From: Veleropilina oligotropha
Lineage: Eukaryota
NCBI GenBank assembly: GCA_048128005.1
Contig: JBEUKZ010000018.1
Location: 1-64,000 of the forward strand
Length of the DNA stretch: 64,000 nt
Direction of reading: 5' to 3'
Positions 54,366 to 64,000 of the stretch are shown piece by piece. Made by a program: the position numbers and the translations under genes. Positions within the stretch are counted from its first letter, which is position 1; the number at the start of each line of letters is the position of its first letter. A model generated the notes under the pieces. The model saw nothing but the letters and a program-made list of their open reading frames with translations. It had not been told where the DNA came from and did not search any database.

Positions 54366-56434
54366 ATGGAATCCGTCCTAATGGAATCCGTCCTAATGGA
54401 ATCCATCCTAATGGAATCCATCCTAATGGAATCCGTCCTAATGGAATCCGTCCTAATGGAATCCGTCCTAATGGAATCCGTCCTAATGGAATCCATCCTA
54501 ATGGAATCCGTCCTAATAGAATCCGTCCTAATGGAATCCGTCCTAATGGAATCCATCCTAATGGAATCTGTCCTAATGGAATCCGTCCTAATGGAATCCG
54601 TCCTAATGGAATCCGTCCTAATGGAATCCATCCTAATGGAATCCATCCTAATGGAATCCATCCTAATGGAATCCGTCCTAATGGAATCCGTCCTAATGGA
54701 ATCCATCCTAATGGAATCCATCCTAATGGAAGCCGTCCTAATGGAATCCGTCCTAATGGAATCCATCCTAATGGAATCCGTCCTAATGGAATCTGTCCTA
54801 ATGGAATCCATCCTAATGGAATCCATCCTAATGGAATCCATCCTAATGGAATCCGTCCTAATGGAATCCGTCCTAATGGAATCCGTCCTAATGGAATCCG
54901 TCCTAATGGAATCTGTCCTAATGGAATCCTTCCTAATGGAATCCATCCTAATGGAATCTGTCCTAATGGAATCCATCCTAATGGAATCCATCCTAATGGA
55001 ATCCGTCCTAATGGAATCCATCCTAATGGAATCCATCCTAATGGAGTCCGTCCTAATGGAATCCGTCCTAATGGAATCCGTCCTAATGGAATCCGTCCTA
55101 ATGGAATCCATCCTAATGGAGTCCATCCTAATGGAATCCATCGTAATGGAATCCGTCCTAATGGAATCCGTCCTAATGGAATCCGTCCTAATGGAATCCG
55201 TCTTAATGGAATCCATCCTAATGGAATCCATCCTAATGGAATCCGTCCTAATGGAATCCGTCCTAATGGAATCCGTCCTAATGGAATCCATCCTAATGGA
55301 ATCCGTCCTAATGGAATCCGTCCTAATGGAATCCGTCCTAATGGTATCCGTCCTAATGGAATCCGTCCTAATGGAATCCGTCCTAATGGAATCCGTCCTA
55401 ATGGAATCCGTCCTAATGGAATCCATCCTAATGGAATCCGTCCTTATGGAATCCGTCCTAATGGAATCCGTCCTAATGGAATCCGTCCAATGGATTCCGT
55501 CCTAATTGAATCCGTCTTAATGGAATCCATCCCAATGGAATCCGTCCTAATGGAATCCGTCCTAATGGAATCCGTCCTAATGGAGTCCGTCCTAATGGAA
55601 TCCTTCCTAATGGAATCCGTCCTAATGGAATCCGTCCTAATGGAATCCGTCCTAATGGAATCCGTCCTAATGGAATCCGTCCTAATGGAATCCGTCCTAA
55701 TGGAATCCGTCCTAATGGAATCCGTCCTAATGGAATCCGTCCTAATGGAAACCGTCCTAACGGAATCCGTCCTAACGGAATCCGTCCTAACGGAATCCGT
55801 CCTAACGGAATCCGTCCTAACGGAATCCGTCCTAACGGAATCCGTCCTAACGGAGTCCGTCCTAACGGAGTCCGTCCTAACGGAGTCCGTCCTAACGGAA
55901 TCCGTCCTAACGGAATCCGTCCTAATGGAGTCCGTCCTAATGGAGTCCGTCCTAACGGAACCCGTCCTAATGGAATCCGTCCTAATGGAGTCCGTCCTAA
56001 TGGAATCCGTCCTAATGGAGTCCGTCCTAATGGAATCCGTCCTAATGGAGTCCGTCCTAATGGAGTCCATCCTAATGGAGTCCATCCTAATGGAGTCCAT
56101 CCTAATGGAGTCCATCCTAATGGAGTCCATCCTAATGGAGTCCATCCTAATGGAGTCCATCCTAATGGAGTCCATCCTAATGGAGTCCATCCTAATGGAG
56201 TCCATCCTAATGGATTCCATCCTAATGGAATCCATCCTAATGGAATCCATCCTAATGGATTCCATCCTAATGGATTCCATCCTAATGGAATCCATCCTAA
56301 TGGAATCCATCCTAATGGATTCCATCCTAATGGAATCCATCCTAATGGATTCCATCCTAATGGATTCTATCCTAATGGATTCCATCATAATGGATTCCAT
56401 CATAATGGAATCCATCCTAATGGAATCCATCATA
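54366..56434. repeat. 15-bp minisatellite (~138 copies)
   Basis: Unit ATGGAATCCRTCCTA with blockwise variants. Confidence 0.98.
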
Positions 56435-56647
56435 AGGTATCTATCTAAATATGTAACACTAACGTTTTACAGGAATAATTCGGGATTTTTTTTCTTTTCA
56501 CATTATGATGCCCAACTAAAATGGCGTGTAAACTATATTGGCAAAGTTGTCTCCCGTGTCAAACTTCAGGCGTAAATCGATATTTTATAACGTGTTCGCT
56601 ATAATGACTGTCATTGGCGATGCATATTATGTCCTAATTTTCTTTAA

Positions 56648-57600
56648 AGATGCTGAATCTACATTTGTATGATATTTCGTATAAAAGAAAACTATAAATA
56701 CAATATGGTATCCATACATGACATGTTTTTAGGACCAAGGAAAAGTTAAAATGCAACAAAAGGTGTTGCTAGCATTTAATAATCGCTTCAGCCGACGTGG
56801 TATTTTAATCAGCGCATCAATCCTCCGAAGCCATCTTATCTCATTTATCGGGGACGGACACATCCGATCGTTATTGGGTCAAATGTCACGTGGGCCCATC
56901 GATTTGATTGACACATAGACCTAAATATGATTACGTCTATGATTGACATCACACAGCAAGCAAAATGGAGGTCAGTGTTTATCGGTTCACTGAAATTGAT
57001 GTATTGCTTTGAAACATATAGCTACTTTCTCATAATTGTAGTATATGGCAGCAATACTAACATTATAACCATATTTATTTCACCAACTAATTAGGCCTAT
57101 TGCGACATTAATAACATGGGCATTCACTGTTTCAAGTGCTTCACTGTTTGTTTACAAGTTGAAGTAGCCGCATCCAATTTTCATTTATAGCGTTATTTAT
57201 TATTTCAAGTTTTTCGCGTACATCCATTTCACAGTCGATAACGGCGGCCTGCCTCTCTTTCTCGTGTCGACATCGCCATGGAAACCGATATAAACAAACT
57301 CAGACAAAATCGACCTTGAAATGACCCGGTAGATCACGAGAGTGATTTAGGGCGGAGTTAAGTGACGTGTTGAGCCATCGTTCATTTCCGTATAAATCTC
57401 ACTTACAATCTGCTCGAATTATGAGCGCGCTCTCATAATTCAATAAAAAAATTCAAATATTTATTACTAAGTGAAAAACAATTTTGCGGTGTGTGGTAAT
57501 CTCTGAAACGTCCTAACTATATGCAATAAATCAATGCAGAAAGTGTAAGATAGAACAGCATTTAAATACATTTTAGCGATCTGAAGTAGATCCTGCATCT
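56648..57600. mobile_element. Kolobok-like MITE with TTAA TSD
   Basis: TTAA|AGATGCTGAATCTAC ... GTAGATCCTGCATCT|TTAA. Confidence 0.8.
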
Positions 57601-59039
57601 TTAAACAAAGTTAGTTTGCTCTACAACTTTTGTTTACAAAAATAAAGAAGTAGACGTCTCTTTCAAATAATACATTATGTGTGACATAAAAGTTGTAAAT
57701 TGGCAACTATAATGATCATCAAATAGAGCACTCTGGAATGACAACAGGCAATTTTCCTGCATTTCCGATGGCACGCACATACAACACTTACTAAGCATGT
57801 TACAATAATTAATAACATGTTTTAATCAAGTAAATAAAAAGTTACTACATGATTTTAATGATTAAAATATTTAATATATCAAATATAGCAAAATTATATG
57901 ATATTTTCTACTGTAGAAGGAAAAGAAAGTCGGCGACAATAAATATCCCCAAATGTAGTATTCACCCATATATAATATATTGTATATATATTAATTATAT
58001 GGCTTCTATGGATGAACATCTGGAATGGTGGTCATTTTTGGCTCGCATGCAACGCAGATGCGAGCCTATGTAATGATGATGTACGTCCGTCCGTCCGGCC
58101 GTCCGTCCGTCCGGCCGTCCGTCCGTCCGGCCGTCTGTCCGGCCGTCCGCAGTCAATGTTAAAGTTTTTCAATTATGCTATATAGGCAATCCTGTGCTCT
58201 CTTTATCATAATTGTATTGTAGATATGTCTATTCCCATGTTGCACAACACTACACTATTAATATTGAATGTAATTTAAATACAATTTTCCTTCAAAATGC
58301 TGCTTTTGGACTTAAGACATTTTAAATGTTAAAGTTTTTCAATAATACTATATATAGGCAAACATTTGCACTCTTTATCATCGTATTATTTGACATAATG
58401 TCTACTGCAATATTGCCCTACACTATGACAGTAATATGGAATGTAATTTAAATCAAATTTTTCTTCAAAAGTGATACTTCTGGACATAGAAATTATTTTG
58501 TTAAAGTTTTTCAATGATGCTATGTAATACCTGACATTGAAACTTTTTAGCATCATTGAACATTAGATATGTTTATTTCAATATATCATGCCACCAGAGC
58601 AGTATTATTTAAGGTAAATTAAATCTATTTTATCTCAAAAATATAAATTATGTGAGATTTTAACTTGGGAAATTTTATAAAGTTAAATGTTGAAGTTTTT
58701 TTTTATCAAGGTTACACTCTCTTCATGTTTTCTATACATGTATGGCTTGCATGCAAAGCAGATGCAGGCCTATGTAATGATGATGTCCGTCCGTCTGTAT
58801 GTCTGGCTCTCCGCTGTGAATGTTAAAGTTTTTCAATCATGCTATATAGGCAACCATGTGCTCCCTTTTTATTGTAGATATGTCTATTACCATGTTGCAC
58901 AACACTAGAACAGTAATATTGAATGTAATTTAAATAAAATTTTGCTTCAAATTGCTGCTTTTGGACTTAGAAATATTGAATGTTAAAGTTTTAAATAATG
59001 CTTTTCAATATAGGCAAACATGTGCACTCTTTATCATCA

Positions 59040-59739
59040 TTTTTGTCTCGCCCCGAAGGGAAAGCGAGACTTAGGGATTACATTTTCCGGCGGCGTCGGC
59101 GTCGTCGTCGGCGTGTCATTTTCGGTTAAAGTTTTTCATTGCATGTGTATGGGTTGCTAAAGGCACTTTTATGCATACATATGATAATATGCATTGGTAA
59201 TGGTTATATGGACAACACCTGATACTCTGGAACTGTTATTGACTGGAATTTTATATAAATAATGCATGAAATTGGTGTTTTTGGACATAGACATTTTGGT
59301 TAAAGTTTTTTCGGTTAAAGTTTTTCATTGCATGTGTATGGGTTGCTAAAGGCACTTTTATGCATACATATGCATTGGTAATGGTTATATGGACAACACC
59401 TGATACTCTGGAACTGTTATTGACTGGAATTTTATATAAATAATGCATGAAATTGGTGTTTTTTGACATATACATTTTGGTTAAAGTTTTTTCGGTTAAA
59501 GTTTTTCATTGCATGTGTATGGGTTGCTAAAGGCACTTTTATGCATAGATATGCATTGGTAATGGTTATATGGACAACACCTGATACTCTGGAACTGTTA
59601 TTGACTGGAATTTTATATAAATAATGCATGAAATTGGTGTTTTTGGACATATAAATTTTGGTTAAAGTTTTTCATTGAATGGAATTTTCTGATACATTGA
59701 TATTTAAAGGGCGAGACATATCGGACCGTGGTTCTTGTT
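59040..59739 (+). mobile_element. Complete young Helentron-type element with three ~175-bp monomers
   Basis: TTTTGTCTCGCC..GCGAGAC hairpin, (GTC/GGC)n, three near-identical monomers, 3' GGCGAGACA, GGACC-GT-GGTTC and CTTGTT. Confidence 0.85.
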
Positions 59740-60224
59740 ATTCTTCTCCAATGCTACACGACACTATAACACTAATATTGAATGTAATTTAAATCTAATT
59801 ATACTTCAAAATGGTAGTTCTGGATTTTAAAAATATTTTGTTAAAGTTTTGGTCAAACTTTTCCTTTGATGTTATAATGTCTTGTTATCTTTAAATTTGA
59901 TAAATATAATAGTATGTGTGCTTATGTACATAGTGCATGGCACGTCAAATAAAATTTTAACACTAATGTCTGTGTCGCAATTCTTATGCCCGCGCCGAAG
60001 GCGAAAGGGCATATTGTTTCTGTGCCGTCCAGCATCAACAATTTGGTTCAAGTTTTTCGTTGAGTGTATATGGGTTTTCCAAGGGACTTTTTAGTGTTTG
60101 TATGCTTTGTTATAGGTTATATGGATATCATCTGATACTCTGGCAATGATATTAAATACAATTTTATATAATTAATGAAAATATGATGGTCTCTTTGGAT
60201 ATAGAAGTTTAGGTTAAAGTTTTT

Positions 60225-61960
60225 TGTGTCCGCTCTACAATGAAAAGTTCTAATCCGATTTGATTCAAATTCGGTATGCAAGTTAGTTTTCATGTGTGTG
60301 TGCTCTACAGTGAAGAGTTCTATTCCGATTTCATTCAAATTTGGTATGCACGTTAGTTATGATGTGCACACGCCGACTAACGATTTTCGTCATTTTTGGA
60401 TTCAAGATGGCGCCATCGTGGCGGCCATTTTGCTTTGAAGAAATTTCTTGTATGTGCTCTCCAGTGAAGAGTTCTATTCTGCTTTCATTCAAATTCGGTA
60501 TGCACCTTCGTTATGATGTGGACACGCCGACTAACGATTATCGTCGTTTTTGGATTCAAGATGGCTTTCGTGGTGGCCATTTTGTTTCGAAGATATTTCT
60601 TGTATCCGTTCTACAGTGAAGAGTTCTTTTCTGATTTGATTCAAAATCAGTATGCACGTTCATTATGATGAGGACATGCCGTCTAACGAATTTCGTCGAT
60701 TTTGCGTTCAATATGGCTGCCATGATGGCCATTTTGTTTTGAAGAAATTTCTTGTGTCTGTGCTACAGTGAAGACTTCTATCCAGATTTGATTCAAATTC
60801 GGTATGCATGTTCATTATGATGAGGACACACCGCCTAGCAATTTTTGTCGATTTCGGATTCAACATGGCCACCGTGGTGGCCATGTTGTTTTGAAGAAAT
60901 TTCTTGTGTGTGCTCTACAGTGAAGAGTTCTATTCTGATTTCATTCAAATTGATTTAATTCAGTATGCACTTTCGTTATGATGTGGGCACGCAGACTAAC
61001 GATTTTCGTCGTTTTCGGATTGAAGATGGCGGCCGTGGTGGCCATTTTGTTTGGATATATCTCTTGTATCCGCTCTACAGTGAAGAGTTCTATTCTGATT
61101 TGATTCAAAATCAGTATGCACGTTCATTATGATGAGGACATGCCGTCTAACGATTTTAGTCATGTTGCGTTCAAGATGGCTGCCATTGTGGCCATTTTGT
61201 TTTGAAGATATTTCTTGTGTCTGTTCTACAGTGAAGAGTTCTATTCCGATTTGATTCAAATTCGGTATGCACGTTCATTATGATGAGGACACACCTCCTT
61301 ACGATTTTTGTCATTTTTGGATTCAAGATGGCTGCCGTGGTGGCCATTTTGTTTTGAAAGTATACCTTCTGTGAGCTCTATAGTAAAAAGTTCTTATCCT
61401 ATTTCAATCAAATTAGATATACACTTTGGTATGATGAGGACACTACACCTATCGATTTTCGGATTCAAGATGGCTGCCCTGGCAACCATTTTGTTTTGGA
61501 TAGATTTCTTGTTTGCACTCGACAATGAAATTTCTAATCCTATTGGATTCAAATTCGGTGTGCATGTTGATGAGTTAAGATGAGGGCATGTCACCTAACG
61601 ATTGTCGACGTTTTTATTAAAGAAGGCCGCCATGGTGGGCATTTTGTTTTGAAGAGTTTTCTTGTGTGCGCTCTATCGAGGAAAGTTTTTATCCAATCTC
61701 ATTCAAATTCGGTATGGACGTTAGTTATTATGAGGACACGCCGTGTAACGATATTCGTTGTTTTCGGATTCAAGATGGCCGCCGTGGTGGCCATTTTGTT
61801 TTGAAGTAATTTCTTGTATCCGCTCTACAGTGAAGTGTTCTATTCTGATTTGATTCAAAATCATTATGCACGTTCATTATGATGAGGACACACCGCCTAA
61901 CGATTTTTGTCGTTTTCGGATTCAAGATGGCCGCCGTGGTGGCCATTTTGTTTTGAAGAT
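60225..61960 (+). repeat. Array of ~155-bp family-G monomers (~11)
   Basis: Repeated CTCTACAGTGAAGAGTTCTATTC..TTATGATGAGGACA..TTCAAGATGGC..GGCCATTTTG. Confidence 0.88.
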
Positions 61961-62406
61961 TCCAATAATTCAATGTTGCTGATTAACATTATATCTTGGT
62001 CACTATTATCACAGAGCCATACATGACTATAAATCAACAAATTTATGCTTCCACTTAATAATATAATATGTGTATTAAGACTTTTGCAGTCTGCTTGTCA
62101 AAATATATTGGTTTCTTAACCTTTCCTGTGTGGAGTTTATTTTGACTCTGCATGTAGTTTTTAGGGCACTATATTTTGACTGTATACTTATATGTGAGCC
62201 GCGTACAGGGAAGGGTATGGGGCCACATACATACGGGAGTCGCATACGAACGGTTATAATGGTGAATCCAACGTCATAGAACATTATATTACTTTGGTTG
62301 TTTTAGAGCTGGGATGGCTACAGTACTATAGAAATATACGAGTCATGCGAGCCATTTCACGGCTTTGACGTTCTAGTTATTATATTTTTAAGGTGTGGAA
62401 AGGTGG

Positions 62407-62670
62407 AGGGGAGTGGTCATGGGTGGCAGGGAGGGGTCATAGGGTGGCAGGGAGGGGTCATAGGATGGCGGGGGGGGGGGAGGGGTCATAGGGTGGCGGG
62501 GAGGGGTCATAGGTGGTGGGGAGGGGTCATAGGTGGCGGGGAGGGGTCATAGGGTGGTGGGGAGGGGTCATAGGTGGCGGGGAGGGGTCATAGGTGGCGG
62601 GGAGGGGTCATAGGTGGCAGGGAGGGGTCATAGGGTCACGCCAGTGGCGGGATGGGTCATAGGATGGCAC
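62407..62670. repeat. Degenerate G-rich ~21-bp minisatellite, same family as 48590-49218
   Basis: GGCGGGGAGGGGTCATAGG(G)T units with the same flanks. Confidence 0.9.
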
Positions 62671-64000
62671 ACCCGCCACCTTATAAGTGCCCGGGGAGAA
62701 CCCTGAGTTCCCAATCTTCTGCCCTGGGAACATATGACTCCAACACCTATGCAACTAGTATTAATCGACCCAATATCTGCGTGCTGGTATGTTACAAGAC
62801 CGCAAGAATAATCTTGATCAGTCTGAAATATCCCAGTGTAATATCAAAATTCTCTGCCCTCACCGCCTCTGGGATTGTGGCAGACACAGTGCACGTTTCG
62901 GTCGCGGTAATATAATGACGGTATCAGTTGTGCTGTTGGCCTGGAGGATATACTCACACAACAGCACGATCGATGATGTCTGTTGGTTTCATTATAGTTA
63001 GTGATAGATCACAAATCAGCATTACTGGTAATTAAGCTTTTGGAGGCACGCACATTCACTCCACAGAGAGTTCGTTGCAGTTTAAGCATCATGTCAATTG
63101 TTAGAATTAGGCAAATGACGTTTCTTTCATCGAGTATGGTATCGTAGAGCAAATTTTCAATTTATGATTCAAAACCGTTCTCGGAGGCTTGGTTAACCAA
63201 GATTATTTAATTGAAATTTTATTAATATCAAATCACCGCTGTAAATTATATAACGCAAGACTGTTTATCTTTGTACTTAGTATCCGTAAACTGTGTACAT
63301 TGAATATTTGAAATAATTAAATTCAGCTATAATTAAATTCTGATGCAACATTGAGATGAACGATTGATGCGTGTTAGTGATGAGAGATCAAGGTGACATG
63401 CATCATAAGTCTGAGAGACGTGGAATTGTAACCTCGTGATTCAGGTTTTGTTGTCATGCTATTGATCATACCTCGAGGAGATTTTTTCATGTTAACTGTT
63501 TTTACATGTTCTGGAATCCACCGTGTAATGTGTGTAGTCAGACCATCAAAAGTGTAAATCAATGCTAGAATTCCTATCTGTGCTCTGCTGGCTGGCTTAA
63601 TTCAATAGGTCTATTAACTTAACACGTTTATTCTGGTGGTGATAATGCCACAGTTTCATCTGAAATTATTGTAGGCATCTAGTACTAATGAAGTAGACTG
63701 TATTAAACTTGCATTACCTGTAATTATCGCATAATGCCCTACCATACCTTACGTACACATATGTGGATGTCATAAAAAGTTTTGATGATTCAAAGTGAAA
63801 GAACCTACATTGTTTGCTGTTTTATAATAAGAAATCTCCGCTGTATCGCTACCGGCTGCTCAGATTGGCATTCAACGGCAGCTATTTTGAGTTAAACCCT
63901 ATCATTTCGGCCAACACCGTATCGCCTAATTTCTTTCGGTGTGCTTCTCATCGAAACGCGCAGACCTTTCGTTAAATATGAAAAAATATATGTCAATAAA

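Larger units (their letters stand above)
58035..62378 (+). mobile_element. Helentron-type family B element with nested Helentron-type elements
   Basis: 5' GGCTCGCAT..ATGCGAGCC hairpin plus (GTCC)n. 3' ATGCGAGCC followed by a short hairpin-like segment and CTAGTT. Nested starts at ~58740, 59040 and 59983. Confidence 0.65.

Noticed and set aside
54344..56575. Long ORFs (PNGIR, MESVL and TDSIR repeats, up to 739 aa)
   Set aside because: These are translations of a 15-bp minisatellite, open in several frames on both strands, with no unique domain.

Overview
This is AT-rich, repeat-dense eukaryotic DNA from an invertebrate animal. The repeat families resemble those of molluscs and other marine bilaterians, but the species cannot be fixed from the sequence. 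I recognise only one host-gene exon: the signal-peptide first coding exon of a C16orf89/UPF0764-like gene (14840-15023, +). No downstream exon was recognised, so the remaining ~49 kb may be its first intron. Most of the rest is mobile DNA: an intact CR1/L2-group LINE ORF2 with its 3' tail, decayed RTE and RNase H-bearing I-group LINEs, a tRNA-headed V-domain-like SINE family, many nested Helentron-type non-autonomous elements with internal tandem arrays, TIR MITEs with 3-, 4-, 5-, 6-, 8- and 9-bp TSDs, foldback palindromes and several minisatellites. Two structures stand out. (1) A 10-kb non-coding LTR retroelement with three 2,044-bp LTRs and two identical-looking internal segments, each with a tRNA-Leu PBS and a PPT, flanked by one 5-bp TSD (30831-40828, -). 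(2) Four tandem ~125-nt units at 8634-9309 that diverge in sequence but keep a branched RNA-like fold through compensatory changes; I cannot assign them to any RNA family. The long repetitive ORFs in the track are minisatellite artefacts.
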